In this document: positions 49,834 through 60,940 of the stretch, one piece after another
Layout of the letters: each line of letters opens with the position of its first letter
How positions within the stretch are numbered: the stretch's first letter is position 1
Origin: Gammaproteobacteria bacterium
GTDB taxonomy: Bacteria; Pseudomonadota; Gammaproteobacteria; Eutrophobiales; Eutrophobiaceae
Direction: 5' to 3'
Length of the DNA stretch: 64,000 nucleotides
NCBI GenBank assembly: GCA_965222155.1
Contig: CBDCTH010000012.1
Coordinates: 32,001-96,000 of the forward strand
The notes under the pieces: model-generated
The model's input: only the letters and a program-made list of their open reading frames with translations
Told to the model about the DNA's origin: nothing
Databases searched by the model: none
Translations under genes and position numbers: made by a program

Positions 49834-51015
49834 TTATCTTTCCAGCGCCAGGGCAACTCCCTGGCCGCCGCCGATGCACAACGTGGCCAGGCCCTTGTGC
49901 GCGTCCCGGCGTTGCATGGCATGAAGAAGCGTGACTAAAACCCGGCAGCCCGAAGCGCCGATGGGATGTCCCAGCGCAATAGCACCGCCGTTGACATTCA
50001 CTTTCTCCGGGTCCCAGCCCAGTTCGTTATTGACGGAGATGGCCTGGGCGGCAAATGCCTCATTGGCTTCAACCAGGTCCAGTTCATCGACGCTCCAGCC
50101 CGCCTTGCTCAGACAGCGTTGTGTTGCCGGAATCGGCCCGGTGCCCATGATAGCCGGATCAACGCCGGCGCTGGAGTAAGCTCTGATACCGGCCATTACC
50201 GGCAGGCCCAATTCATCGGCTTTTTGGCGTCTCATGACAACTACCGCCGCTGCGCCGTCATTGAGGCCGGAGGCATTGGCCGCAGTGACCGACCCCTCGC
50301 GGCTAAAAGCAGGCCGCAACTTCGCGATCTTTTCCGCAGTAACCCCTTGTTTCGGATACTCATCTTCAGAGAATATGACAGGGTCGGCCTTTCGTTGCGG
50401 GATGCTTATGGGAACGATCTCTTCATTGAATATGCCGTCTGCCTGGGCTTTTTCCGTTTTTTGCTGGGAGAGTGCAGCGAACCGGTCCTGTTGTTCGCGG
50501 GAGATCTGAAACTTGTTCACGATATTTTCTGCGGTCACGCCCATGTGGTAGTCGTTAAATGCATCCCACAGACCGTCGCTAATCATGGAGTCCAGCATCT
50601 TCCAGTCGCCCATCTTGGTGCCGGAGCGGGATCTGGGCAACACGTGCGGCGCCCGGCTCATGTTTTCCTGTCCCCCGGCTATGATGATTTCAGCGTCACC
50701 GCATTTTATTGCCTGTGCCGCGAGGTGGACGGCTTTCAAACCGCTTCCGCAGACTTTGTTAATCGTCATGGCCGGCACTGAATGGGGCAAACCGGCTTCT
50801 ATCGCAGCCTGGCGCGCCGGATTTTGACCTTCACCGGCGGTAAGCACCTGTCCCAGGATAACCTCATCGATCCGGTCAGGGTCCAGGCCGGTTTTTTCCA
50901 GTAGAGATTTGATTACCGCGGCTCCCAGGGAATGAGCCGGAATATTCGCAAGGGAGCCGCCGAAAGAACCGATAGGGGTCCGTCCTGCGGCGACAATAAC
51001 TACATCGATGGTCAT
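49834..51015 (-). CDS. phaA: Acetyl-CoA C-acetyltransferase (beta-ketothiolase)
   Basis: [28 protein letters not shown]; adjacent to phaR. Confidence 0.9.
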   Translation of the reverse strand: MTIDVVIVAAGRTPIGSFGGSLANIPAHSLGAAVIKSLLEKTGLDPDRIDEVILGQVLTAGEGQNPARQAAIEAGLPHSVPAMTINKVCGSGLKAVHLAAQAIKCGDAEIIIAGGQENMSRAPHVLPRSRSGTKMGDWKMLDSMISDGLWDAFNDYHMGVTAENIVNKFQISREQQDRFAALSQQKTEKAQADGIFNEEIVPISIPQRKADPVIFSEDEYPKQGVTAEKIAKLRPAFSREGSVTAANASGLNDGAAAVVVMRRQKADELGLPVMAGIRAYSSAGVDPAIMGTGPIPATQRCLSKAGWSVDELDLVEANEAFAAQAISVNNELGWDPEKVNVNGGAIALGHPIGASGCRVLVTLLHAMQRRDAHKGLATLCIGGGQGVALALER

Positions 51016-51066
51016 AATAATACTACCTCAATATCATGGGTTTTCATGTCGGAACGGTAATCAAGC

Positions 51067-51095
51067 ATTATAACCATAATAGATGCACTGCACAA
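51067..51095 (-). promoter_or_regulatory. phaA-phaR promoter with a candidate PhaR box over the -35 region
   Basis: TATAAT on the minus strand (51067-51072). TGCACTGCACAA at 51084-51095 fits the TGC-repeat type of PhaR site. Confidence 0.5.
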
Positions 51096-51166
51096 AACAG
51101 CCCCGCATCCTAACAAAAACATTGCGCGGATACCAGCCCGGATTTACGCAAGCGCAGTGTCCCTCA

Positions 51167-51190
51167 GGGGACGGATTTAAATCCGTCCCC
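51167..51190. repeat. GGGGAC...GTCCCC palindrome, copy 4
   Basis: ggggacggatttaaatccgtcccc, just downstream of lpd. Confidence 0.88.
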
Positions 51191-51207
51191 GGTACTTCCC
51201 TAGTGCT

Positions 51208-52632
51208 TTAGATGTGCAGTGCGCGTTTATCGCTTGCAAGGGCCGCTTCATGCATGGCTTCCGCCAGAGTCGGGTGGGCATGGATGGTGCGTGCAATATC
51301 TTCGGAACTGCCGTCGAATTCCATGGCGAGAACAGCTTCGGCAATCAGTTCGGAAGCGTTCGGTCCCAGTATGTGGATACCGAGGATCTGATCAGTCCCG
51401 GCATCACTGAGTATTTTTATCATGCCGCTGCTATCGCCCATAGCCAGTGCGCGTCCGCTTGCGGCAAATGGAAATACGCCCGTTTTATAGGGCTTCCCGT
51501 CTGCCTTCAATTCGAACTCGGTTTTTCCGACCCAGGCGATTTCCGGCCAGGTATAAATTACCCAGGGTACCAGGTCCAGGTTGAATCCGCTTTTTTGTCC
51601 GGCAAGACGTTCGGCTACCATCACACCTTCTTCAGAGGCCTTGTGAGCCAGCATCGGGCCGCGTACCACGTCGCCGATGGCATAGACATTCGGTAAATTG
51701 GTGGCGCAATAGTCATTAACTTTAATACCGCCCTGGTCGTTCAGGGCCAGGCCTGCTGCTTCGGCCTCCAGTCCGCGCACGTTGGGAGAGCGCCCGACAG
51801 CCACAATCAGTTTGTCGAAAGTCAACTGCTGCTTGTCTTCGCCCTGTTGGTAAGTCACGCTGACTTCACGCTTGTTAACGCCCGTACCCATGACCCTGGC
51901 GCCAAGTCGTATATCCAATCCCTGTTTCGTCAGAATTTTTTCGGCTGCGGCGGCAATCTCCCGGTCTACGGGCGCCAGGAAGTCATCCAATGCCTCCAGT
52001 ATGATGACCTGGGAGCCCATCCTGCCCCAGACGCTGCCCAGTTCCAGACCGATCACGCCTGCGCCTATGATACCCAGTCTCTGCGGCACTTCCGTGAAGG
52101 CGAGAGCGCCCGTGGAATCGACAATCCTGTTCTGGTCGACAGAGGCAAAGGATGTTTCGGTCGGGACGGAACCGGTGGCGATAATAATGTTTTGGGCGGT
52201 GACCTTGTATTCCTCGGCAGACTTAGTACCTGTCGGCAATACCTGTACCTGATTGTCGCCCAGGAGTTTGCCCTGGCCCTGTAGCCAGTCTACCCCGTTC
52301 TTTTTGAACAACCCGGCGATACCCCGGGTCAGTTTCTGCACGATCCTGTCTTTCCGGGTTATCATTTTATTGATATCCAATTTCACACCGGTGACGTTGA
52401 TGCCGTGCTCAGCCGCCTGCTGTTTGATGAAGGAGTAATGATGAGAGGAATCCAGCAGCGCCTTGGACGGTATACAACCTGTATTCAGGCAGGTTCCACC
52501 CAGGTTGGGTTTGCCGTCAATGCTCAGCCCGTTATCCACACAGGCCGTAGTGAGTCCCAGTTGCGCACAGCGGATCGCACTGATGTAGCCGCCGGGACCG
52601 GCGCCTATCACTACCACGTCATAATTTTTCAT
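51208..52632 (-). CDS. lpdA: Dihydrolipoyl dehydrogenase (E3)
   Basis: GAGPGGY, GGTCLNTGCIPSK, HAHPTLAE. Confidence 0.95.
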   Translation of the reverse strand: MKNYDVVVIGAGPGGYISAIRCAQLGLTTACVDNGLSIDGKPNLGGTCLNTGCIPSKALLDSSHHYSFIKQQAAEHGINVTGVKLDINKMITRKDRIVQKLTRGIAGLFKKNGVDWLQGQGKLLGDNQVQVLPTGTKSAEEYKVTAQNIIIATGSVPTETSFASVDQNRIVDSTGALAFTEVPQRLGIIGAGVIGLELGSVWGRMGSQVIILEALDDFLAPVDREIAAAAEKILTKQGLDIRLGARVMGTGVNKREVSVTYQQGEDKQQLTFDKLIVAVGRSPNVRGLEAEAAGLALNDQGGIKVNDYCATNLPNVYAIGDVVRGPMLAHKASEEGVMVAERLAGQKSGFNLDLVPWVIYTWPEIAWVGKTEFELKADGKPYKTGVFPFAASGRALAMGDSSGMIKILSDAGTDQILGIHILGPNASELIAEAVLAMEFDGSSEDIARTIHAHPTLAEAMHEAALASDKRALHI

Positions 52633-52639
52633 GTCGGGG

Positions 52640-54040
52640 TCAGATTTGTAACAACAGGCGTGACGGGTCTTCCAGTAATTCTTTCATCGCCACCAGGTAA
52701 GATACGGCTTCCCGTCCGTCGATAATACGATGATCGTAAGACAGCGCCAGGTACATCATCGGCCGAATCACGACTGCGCCGTTTTCCGCAATCGGACGCT
52801 CCTCAATTTTATGCATTCCCAGGATGGCGCTTTGTGGCGGATTGATGATAGGCGTGGATAACAGGGAACCGAATACGCCGCCATTTGTGATGGTAAACGT
52901 TCCACCGATTAACTCTTCTATGGTGAGTTTTGCATCACGCGCTTTTTGGCCGTATTCGCCTATGGTCTTTTCTATTTCGGCAAAACTGAGCTTGTCCGCC
53001 GCGCGTATTACCGGCACGACCAGCCCGCGTGGCGAACTGACGGCAATGCCTATATCAAAATAGTTATGATAGACAATCTCGTTGCCGTCCACCGAGGCGT
53101 TAATGATCGGGAATTTCTTCAGGGCTTCAACCGCCGCCTTGGTGAAGAACGACATGAACCCCAGCTTGACCTGATGGGTTGTTTCAAAACTATCCTTGTA
53201 GCGGCCGCGCAAATCCATTATCGGCTTCATATCTACTTCGTTGAACGTAGTCAGGATAGCGTTTTCCTGCTGTGCCGTGAGTAAACGTTGCGCCGCTCGC
53301 CTGCGCAAACGACTCATAGCGACACGCTTTTCCGCTCCCTCCGGAGCTTCATCTCCGTCCTTTTGTTGTTCAGCATCAGTTTTCCACCTCCTGTCTTCTG
53401 CCTGCTGTTCTGTTCCCGCTGTTCCGGCACCCTGTTCAGCAGTGGCTGTTGCCGTACGCGTCGCGCCTGATGTCTGTTCCTTGTCTCCTGCCGCCTGCCC
53501 ACTGTCTTCTGTTGTCTGTTCCCCTTTGCCTGTTTCAGCCAGATAATCCAGCACCTGTTTTTTGGTCAGTCTGTCTCCGCTTGCCGGGACATCCCTGGCA
53601 TCCAGGTTATGTTCGGTCAACAGCTTCCTGACAGCAGGGCTTAATTTGGGCTCTTTTTCCGCAAGCAGTGATTGTTGCCGGGAATCAGCTTCAGTTTCAG
53701 CTTCTGCCGTCGGCGCTACGCTATCCGGCTCATTTGCAGGCTCAGCCGAGACTTCCTGTTCATCTAAGCCGGATTTCTCTGTTATTACGGCGGCAGCCTG
53801 CCCCTCGGTATCGATTTCTGCAATCAACTCGTCACTTTCCACGTCCTCGCCGCTGTTTTTCAGGATTTTTACGAGCATCCCGTCTTCCGGCGCAACCACT
53901 TCCAGGGTGACTTTGTCCGTCTCCACGTCAATCAGGGCATCACCAAATTTGACCATATCTCCAGGCTGTTTCTGCCAGTCCATCAACGTGGCTTCAGCAA
54001 CAGACTCTGCCAATACGGGAACTCTGACTTCGACTAGCAA
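52640..54040 (-). CDS. sucB: 2-oxoglutarate dehydrogenase E2 (dihydrolipoyl succinyltransferase)
   Basis: Lipoyl motif [26 protein letters not shown]. Confidence 0.96.
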   Translation of the reverse strand: MLVEVRVPVLAESVAEATLMDWQKQPGDMVKFGDALIDVETDKVTLEVVAPEDGMLVKILKNSGEDVESDELIAEIDTEGQAAAVITEKSGLDEQEVSAEPANEPDSVAPTAEAETEADSRQQSLLAEKEPKLSPAVRKLLTEHNLDARDVPASGDRLTKKQVLDYLAETGKGEQTTEDSGQAAGDKEQTSGATRTATATAEQGAGTAGTEQQAEDRRWKTDAEQQKDGDEAPEGAEKRVAMSRLRRRAAQRLLTAQQENAILTTFNEVDMKPIMDLRGRYKDSFETTHQVKLGFMSFFTKAAVEALKKFPIINASVDGNEIVYHNYFDIGIAVSSPRGLVVPVIRAADKLSFAEIEKTIGEYGQKARDAKLTIEELIGGTFTITNGGVFGSLLSTPIINPPQSAILGMHKIEERPIAENGAVVIRPMMYLALSYDHRIIDGREAVSYLVAMKELLEDPSRLLLQI

Positions 54041-54077
54041 TGCGCTCTCCTGTTCTTGCTCGGGTTATCGAATGGTC

Positions 54078-56960
54078 TCAGCGCGCCCACCTTCTTCTTT
54101 GCATCTTCTGTAAATGGGTAGTCACTTCCATCTTTTCCAGTTGCAGTGCGTCATCAACCAGTTGTTTTTGCTGGGCCAGGTGCAAACTCATGGAGCCCGC
54201 CGCGGGGGAGGCTGAATAAAAGCGCCCGGCATAGCCAAAGACATGCTGTGTACTCAGGCATCCAATCATTGTCCCCCTGGATTGCATATAGTACCAGCCC
54301 CCTTGATTCTTGGGCTCTTCCTGTACCCATACGACTTCCCTCGCGTTCGGGTATGAGTCGATCACGCGTTTCATTTCATCAAGCGGAAACGGAAATATCT
54401 GCTCCAGGCGGATAATGGCTATATTGCCGATCTCATTGGTGCGCCTGGATTCCAGCAGGTCATAATATACTTTACCAGTGCAAACCAATAAACGGGTTAC
54501 GGCTTCCTTTTGTATGTTGTCGTCAATTTCGTCAATGACCAGTTTAAATCCGCCCGCGCTGATTTTGTCCAGGGTTGAGGTCGATAACTTATGTCGCAGC
54601 AGGCTTTTCGGACTCATGACGACGAGGGGTTTACGATAAGGCCTGAGAACTTGCCGGCGCAGCAGGTGGAACATCTGGGCCGGCGTGCTGGGTTGGCAGA
54701 CCTGCATGTTCTCCAGGGCGCATAATTGTAAAAAACGCTCCAGCCTGGCGGAAGAATGTTCCGGTCCCTGGCCGTCATAGCCGTGGGGTAAAAACATGGT
54801 TAGTCCGCAAAACCGCCCCCATTTTGCTTCGCATGAACTGATAAACTGGTCAATCACAACCTGTGCGCCATTGGCAAAATCACCGAACTGGGCCTCCCAG
54901 ATCACCAGTGCATTAGGCTCGGCGCTGCTGTAACCATAATCAAAGGCCAGCACGGCCTCTTCCGAAAGTATTGAATTGATGACCAGGAACGAAGGCTGCA
55001 CCTCCTTGAGATGCTGCAAGGGTAAATGCTTGTCACCATCATCCTGGTTGTGGATGACGGCATGGCGGTGGAAAAAAGTTCCGCGCCCGCTGTCCTGGCC
55101 GGAAATCCGCACCGGGAAACCGGCATCAAGCAGCGCCGCATAGGCCAGTGTCTCCGCGTAGCCCCAATCCATTTCCAACTCGCCGGCGCCCATTTTTTTT
55201 CGGTTTTCTATGATCCTCGACACGGTCGGATGCAGGTTGAAATGATCCGGGACATCGGTGAAACGTTCAGTCAGCCTGGTCACTAATGCCGGGTGTATAG
55301 CCGTAATGACTTCCATGTCCCAGGAAGTATTTTTATACGGTTCGTAGTTGATTAAATACCGGAAATCGGCATTGCTTGCCTTGGCGCCCGCTACGCTCCG
55401 GTTGGATTCCAATGAATTGACATAGGACCTGGCAGAGGCCTGGATTTCATCCCGGGTAACGATTTTTTCACCTGCCAGGCGTTCGGAATATATGTCCCTG
55501 ACGTTCTTGTGTTCCCTGATTTTCCGGTACATGATGGGCTGGGTTGCAGCAGGTTCGTCCGCTTCACTGTGGCCGTGTCTGCGATAACACACCATGTCGA
55601 TTACCACGTCTTTTTTAAATTCCATGCGATAATCCAGGGCCAGTTTGGTAATGTATACGACCGCTTCAGGGTCATCTCCATTAACGTGAAATATCGGCGC
55701 CTGCACCATCTTGGCAACGGCCGTGCAATACAGGGTTGAGCGTGAATCCAGGGGGTCGCTTGTAGTAAAACCGATCTGGTTATTGACGATGATATGAACG
55801 GTGCCGCCGGTGGAATAACCACGGGTCTGCGACAGGTTGAACGTTTCCATCACTACGCCCTGGCCGGCGAAGGCAGCGTCGCCGTGGATGAGGATAGGTA
55901 ATACCTGGTTGCGCAATTTATCGTGGCGCCGGTCCTGGCGTGCGCGCACGGAACCCTCTACAACCGGGTCAATAATCTCAAGATGGGACGGATTAAATGC
56001 CAGGGTCAAATGAATGACTCCCCCCGGGGTTTGAATATCGGATGAATAACCCAGGTGATATTTTACGTCCCCGGAGCGGGTAAATTCGTCGCCGCTTGTC
56101 TGGTTGCCTGCGCCCTCAAATTCACCGAACAATTCTCCGGGCAACTTGCCGATAATATTGATGAGTACGTTTATCCGGCCGCGGTGCGCCATACCGATTA
56201 CCGCTTCCCGCACCCCCATTTCCCCACCCGACTGGACTATTTCATCAAGCATCGGAATTATTGCTTCGCCTCCTTCCAGCGAGAAACGTTTTTGTCCCAC
56301 GTATTTCCTGTGCAGGTATTCCTCCAGGGCATTGGCGGCAATAATACGCTCCAGTATCCGTTTTCTTTTCTCCGGCGAGAATTGGGGGCTGCCCCTGGTT
56401 TCTTCCAGTCTTTTTTGAATCCAGCGCTTTTCCTTTGTTTCATTCATGTACATGTATTCAGCGCCTATCGACCGACAGTAAGTGGTCTTGACGATATCGA
56501 TGATCTCGGAAAGAGGCAGTTCATCAGGCGCAAACAGCGAACCCGTGTTGAATATCCGCCCCATGTCTTCATCGGTGAACTGATAATAAGCAGGGTCCAA
56601 CTCGGGTACTTCCGGTCGCACATATTGTTTCAGGGGATCCAAATCGGCTTGCTGGTGGCCGCGAAAGCGATGCGCGTTGATCAGCTGTAATACCAGGGCC
56701 TGTTTTTTATTATCCGTGTTAACGGCATCTGTTTGCCGCGCAGCAGGTGCAGGGACTTTATCATCTATTGCCGCAGTCTGCGCTGTCTCCTCGACAGGAC
56801 TGGGCACAACATCGGTTTCCGGGCCTTCCTGATTCAGGTCATCAAAGTATTCACGCCATTCAGCAGCCACGCTGGCAGGGTTATCCAGGTACCGTGCATG
56901 TATTTCTTCAATAAATGCGGTATTACCGCTGTAAAAAAGGGATGGTCCGGGCGCGCTCAT
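54078..56960 (-). CDS. sucA: 2-oxoglutarate dehydrogenase E1
   Basis: KRFSLEG, GMAHRGR, HGDAAFAGQG, WEAQFGDF, PKSLLRH. Confidence 0.97.
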   Translation of the reverse strand: MSAPGPSLFYSGNTAFIEEIHARYLDNPASVAAEWREYFDDLNQEGPETDVVPSPVEETAQTAAIDDKVPAPAARQTDAVNTDNKKQALVLQLINAHRFRGHQQADLDPLKQYVRPEVPELDPAYYQFTDEDMGRIFNTGSLFAPDELPLSEIIDIVKTTYCRSIGAEYMYMNETKEKRWIQKRLEETRGSPQFSPEKRKRILERIIAANALEEYLHRKYVGQKRFSLEGGEAIIPMLDEIVQSGGEMGVREAVIGMAHRGRINVLINIIGKLPGELFGEFEGAGNQTSGDEFTRSGDVKYHLGYSSDIQTPGGVIHLTLAFNPSHLEIIDPVVEGSVRARQDRRHDKLRNQVLPILIHGDAAFAGQGVVMETFNLSQTRGYSTGGTVHIIVNNQIGFTTSDPLDSRSTLYCTAVAKMVQAPIFHVNGDDPEAVVYITKLALDYRMEFKKDVVIDMVCYRRHGHSEADEPAATQPIMYRKIREHKNVRDIYSERLAGEKIVTRDEIQASARSYVNSLESNRSVAGAKASNADFRYLINYEPYKNTSWDMEVITAIHPALVTRLTERFTDVPDHFNLHPTVSRIIENRKKMGAGELEMDWGYAETLAYAALLDAGFPVRISGQDSGRGTFFHRHAVIHNQDDGDKHLPLQHLKEVQPSFLVINSILSEEAVLAFDYGYSSAEPNALVIWEAQFGDFANGAQVVIDQFISSCEAKWGRFCGLTMFLPHGYDGQGPEHSSARLERFLQLCALENMQVCQPSTPAQMFHLLRRQVLRPYRKPLVVMSPKSLLRHKLSTSTLDKISAGGFKLVIDEIDDNIQKEAVTRLLVCTGKVYYDLLESRRTNEIGNIAIIRLEQIFPFPLDEMKRVIDSYPNAREVVWVQEEPKNQGGWYYMQSRGTMIGCLSTQHVFGYAGRFYSASPAAGSMSLHLAQQKQLVDDALQLEKMEVTTHLQKMQRRRWAR

Positions 56961-57140
56961 CGTATTTCCACGTTTCTGCAATAGTTTTGTCTGTTATTTC
57001 TGAGGTTTGTCCGCAATTATTCAGTCTCATACACAAAATCAAGCCGTATTATATGACTATTTCTTGAAATTATACCTGAATACTTTCGTAACACACTAAA
57101 CTGTAAGCTGTTTTATATTATGGGAGGATCTTCTTCGAGA

Positions 57141-57340
57141 CAGGGCAAACGCATACTTTTGAATTCAGATGTTTTTGCCCGATTCCGTCATTCTGGCGCA
57201 GGCCAGAATCCAGTGAATAACCCTTCATTACCCTGAGCTGTTGTTTGACTGGATGCTGGCATTCGCCAGCATGACGGGCGGTGTTGTCCGGTTGGTTTCC
57301 TGTCTTCTGCAACAGAATCCAAAAGTATGCGGTTGCCCTG
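57141..57340. mobile_element. MITE copy 2 (200 bp) in the sucA-gltA divergent intergenic region
   Basis: Closely similar to 47684-47889; flanks ttcttcgaga and ttcttcgagg match at 9 of 10 positions. Confidence 0.9.
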
Positions 57341-57449
57341 TTCTTCGAGGTTTTGACATCTTGACTTGCGGACTGTTCTCATAGATGTATGCTAGATAAA
57401 TAACATAACTATAATAGTTGCAGATTCCCCGGTAGAAGGAGAAGGTTTC

Positions 57450-58739
57450 ATGACGCGTACAGTTACTATCACTGATAACAAAACCGGCAAACAACTCGAA
57501 TGTCCGGTTTCTGAGGGCACTTACGGCGCCCCGGTTATCAATACCAAGTCCCTGTATAAGGAACTGGGTATGTTTACCTATGATCCGGGTTATACCACCA
57601 CCGCCAGTTGCAGCAGCGCCATTACTTACCTGGATGGAGAGAAAGGGATACTGTTGCACCGCGGTTACCCGATAGAACAACTGGCGGAAAACAGCACCTT
57701 CCTGGAAGTTGTCTATCTGTTGATCCATGGTGAATTGCCAAACCGACAGCAGATGGATGAGTGGGAGCATTCCATCAAGATGCACATGATGACACATGAG
57801 CACCTGTCCCGGTTTTACTCGGCCTATCGCTACGATGCTCATCCCATGTCGATCATGGCAGGTGTGACCAGCGCCATTGCCTCGTACTACCATGACCGTA
57901 CCGATATCAGGGACCCTGATAACCGCTTGATGACCGCCAAGCGAGTTATCGGCAAGATTCCCAACGTGGCATCCAAATGCTATCGCTATGCCTCCGGCCT
58001 GCCTTTTGTCTATCCCGATAATTCACGCAACTATATTGAAAATTTCATGTATATGATGTTTTCATGGCCCACTGAGGAATACACGCCGTCAGCGGTTGCC
58101 GTACGCGCCCTGGACCTTCTTTTCATACTCCATGCCGACCACGAACAGAACGCCAGCACCTCGACCGTGCGCCTTGCCGGCAGTTCTGAAACCAATCCTT
58201 TTGCCTGTGTCGCCGCCGGCATTACAACCCTGTGGGGCAAGTCCCACGGAGGTGCCAATGAGGCCGTGATCCGGATGCTGGAGGAGATCGGCAAGCCATC
58301 GAACGTCGGGAAATTCGTTGCCCGGGCAAAAGACAGCAAAGACAGCTTCAAGTTGATGGGCTTCGGCCACCGGGTTTACAAGGAATATGACCCAAGGGCA
58401 AAAATCATTCGTGAGGCAAGCCATAATTTATTGGATGAAATGGACCTGAATCAGCCTTTGTTTGAAATAGCTATGGAATTGGAACGGATAGCCCTGGAGG
58501 ATGACTATTTTATCAAGCGGAAACTGTACCCGAACGTTGATTTTTATTCAGGCCTGATCTACCAGGCCCTGCGCATTCCTACCTCCATGTTTACGGTGAT
58601 GTTTGCCCTGGCGCGCAGTGCCGGCTGGATTACCCAATGGATGGAATTGATGGAGGATAAGGACTTTCGTATCGGTCGCCCAAGACAGTTGTATGTCGGC
58701 GAAAAATCCCGTGATTACATACCCATTGAAGATAGATGA
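57450..58739 (+). CDS. gltA: Citrate synthase
   Basis: [40 protein letters not shown]. Confidence 0.97.
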   Translation: MTRTVTITDNKTGKQLECPVSEGTYGAPVINTKSLYKELGMFTYDPGYTTTASCSSAITYLDGEKGILLHRGYPIEQLAENSTFLEVVYLLIHGELPNRQQMDEWEHSIKMHMMTHEHLSRFYSAYRYDAHPMSIMAGVTSAIASYYHDRTDIRDPDNRLMTAKRVIGKIPNVASKCYRYASGLPFVYPDNSRNYIENFMYMMFSWPTEEYTPSAVAVRALDLLFILHADHEQNASTSTVRLAGSSETNPFACVAAGITTLWGKSHGGANEAVIRMLEEIGKPSNVGKFVARAKDSKDSFKLMGFGHRVYKEYDPRAKIIREASHNLLDEMDLNQPLFEIAMELERIALEDDYFIKRKLYPNVDFYSGLIYQALRIPTSMFTVMFALARSAGWITQWMELMEDKDFRIGRPRQLYVGEKSRDYIPIEDR

Positions 58740-59722
58740 GCATGAAACCCAGCGTACGCGTTGTTGTTACCGGTGCTGCCGGTCAAATCGGTTATGCCTT
58801 GCTGTTCCGGATTGCCGCCGGAGAGTTTTTAGGCAAGGATCAACCGGTAGTTCTACAACTGCTTGAGATTCCCCCCGCCTTGCCGGCATTGGACGGTGTG
58901 GTTATGGAACTGGATGACTGTGCTTTTACGACGCTGGCCGGGGTGGTGACCACCTCTGATGCCGATATTGCCTTCAAGGATGCGGATTTTGCTTTCCTGG
59001 TCGGGGCAAAACCGCGCGGGACCGGAATGGAACGTGCAGATCTGTTATTGAGCAATGCCGAAATCTTTAACGTGCAGGGCAGGGCCTTGAACGATCATGC
59101 AAGTCGTGACGTTAAAGTGCTCGTTATCGGCAATCCGGCCAATACGAATGCCTTGATCACCATGAAGAATGCACCGGACCTGGACCCGCGTCGGGTCATG
59201 GCGATGATGCGTCTTGATCACAACAGGGGATTGGCAATGCTTGCCTCCCGGGTTTCGCGCCCGGTAGACGTCATCCGTAAACTCACTGTCTGGGGGAATC
59301 ATTCAACCACGCAATACCCGGATCTCCACCATACTCTGGTGGATGGGAAACCGGCCATGGAACTGGTCGAACAAAGCTGGTATGAGAATGAATTTATTCC
59401 CGGAGTGGCGAAGCGCGGCGCCGAAATTATCAAGGCCCGGGGTGCGTCCAGCGCCGCATCTGCTGCAAACGCCATCCTGGATCATACCCGTGACTGGGTA
59501 TTCGGAACCCGTGAAAATGACTGGACAAGTATGGCTGTGGCTGCAGATGGTAGTTACGGCATTCCGGAAGGCATTGTCTATTCCTTCCCAGTTACCTGTG
59601 CTGATGGTACTTGTGAGATAGTCCGGGGGTTGGACATCAATGAATTCAGCAGGATAAAGATGAAACAGACGCAAGCCGAACTGGAACAGGAAAGAGACGC
59701 GATCAAGCACCTGTTCCGTTGA
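58736..59722 (+). CDS. mdh: Malate dehydrogenase (MDH type 2)
   Basis: [34 protein letters not shown]. Confidence 0.96.
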   Translation: MSMKPSVRVVVTGAAGQIGYALLFRIAAGEFLGKDQPVVLQLLEIPPALPALDGVVMELDDCAFTTLAGVVTTSDADIAFKDADFAFLVGAKPRGTGMERADLLLSNAEIFNVQGRALNDHASRDVKVLVIGNPANTNALITMKNAPDLDPRRVMAMMRLDHNRGLAMLASRVSRPVDVIRKLTVWGNHSTTQYPDLHHTLVDGKPAMELVEQSWYENEFIPGVAKRGAEIIKARGASSAASAANAILDHTRDWVFGTRENDWTSMAVAADGSYGIPEGIVYSFPVTCADGTCEIVRGLDINEFSRIKMKQTQAELEQERDAIKHLFR

Positions 59723-59723
59723 C

Positions 59724-59748
59724 GGGGACGGAATTGAATTCCGTCCCC
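59724..59748. repeat. GGGGAC...GTCCCC palindrome, copy 5
   Basis: ggggacggaattgaattccgtcccc, immediately after the mdh stop. Confidence 0.88.
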
Positions 59749-59825
59749 AGCGCAAGGTTGCAGCTTGCCGTCAAAGGTAATGTGTGTTAAAAATACCACC
59801 TTTTTGCACTGGTATAATAGACAAA

Positions 59826-60335
59826 ATGCCCAGTTCACGTTCACAAATTGATGCAGATGGGTTTCGCGCTAACGTAGCAATCGTCTTGTTCAACGATCAG
59901 CGCCGCCTGTTCTGGGCAAAACGGGTTGGAATGGACGCTTGGCAGTTTCCCCAGGGCGGCATCAGACAGCACGAATCTGTTGAAGCGGCCATGTTCAGGG
60001 AACTGCATGAGGAAGTAGGGCTATTGCCTGAACACGTGGAAGTGGTTGGCGTGAGCCGGGACTGGTTACATTACAGACTGCCGAAAAAATACATCCGACG
60101 CCACATCAGACCGCTCTGTATCGGTCAGAAGCAGCGCTGGTACCTGCTCAAACTGACAAGCGATGAAAGCAACGTCAACCTGGCCTCAAGCCGTCGCCCG
60201 GAATTTGATCACTGGCGCTGGGTAGACTCCTCTGAGCCCGCCAGAAGCGTCGTGTTCTTTAAACGGGATGTCTATAAGCAGGCGCTGGCGGAACTGGGAC
60301 CGTTGATGAAAGTGCAGTCTCTATATGAAAGTTAA
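59826..60335 (+). CDS. rppH: RNA pyrophosphohydrolase
   Basis: IDADGFRANV, WQFPQGG, Nudix box RELHEEVG, CIGQKQ, FKRDVY. Confidence 0.93.
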   Translation: MPSSRSQIDADGFRANVAIVLFNDQRRLFWAKRVGMDAWQFPQGGIRQHESVEAAMFRELHEEVGLLPEHVEVVGVSRDWLHYRLPKKYIRRHIRPLCIGQKQRWYLLKLTSDESNVNLASSRRPEFDHWRWVDSSEPARSVVFFKRDVYKQALAELGPLMKVQSLYES

Positions 60336-60537
60336 TCAGCGTCTAGCGTTATTAAAGGAGTGGCACAAAAGTTTTCACGCCCTGACAAATGGTATTGATC
60401 CCGATTCTCTTTCAACCTTATCTGACGATCAGAAAAAGGTATTAAAAGATATCGTATATAAATGACTCCGCCAGAATGGGTGTTGTCTGTTTTCCATATG
60501 AACAAGCCATGAAAAATCGTGCCACAATGGAAGATGT

Positions 60538-60940
60538 ATGCCAACTGTATTAAGAAATGGGCCGTACAGGTTTTACTTCTATAGCAATGAAAGAGGAGAA
60601 CCGCCTCATATTCATGTCAGGGCAAACGCATACTTTTGGATTCTACCCGTTGAAACCGTGATCCAGCCCTGAAATTCGGCATACCATTCCTGCGAAAGCA
60701 GGAATGGGAAACGGAGTTTTCACGGGGAATTCATGTTTTTTGCTATTGAATATAAAAGTATGCGTTTGCCCTGATATTTATGTACAAAGAGAGCGATTTC
60801 TTGCAAAATTCTGGCTGCAACCAGTTGCTTTGGCAAGCTCAAAAAGATTTAAGTCACATGAATTGAATTCGATAAAGCAGATAATCGAAAAGCACAAAGA
60901 GCAATTACTGGAGGCTTGGTATGAACGAGCGAGCAGTTAA
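60538..60940 (+). pseudogene. DUF4160-family protein interrupted by a MITE
   Basis: MPTVLRNGPYRFYFYSNERGEPPHIHV joins in frame to QRERFLAKFWL..LLEAW once the MITE and one target duplication are removed. Confidence 0.85.
60618..60773. mobile_element. MITE copy 3 (156 bp): same terminal IRs, different interior
   Basis: cagggcaaacgcatactttt...aaaagtatgcgtttgccctg; flanks atattcatgt and atatttatgt (9 of 10 match); internal hairpin ccattcctgcgaaagcaggaatgg. Confidence 0.88.
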
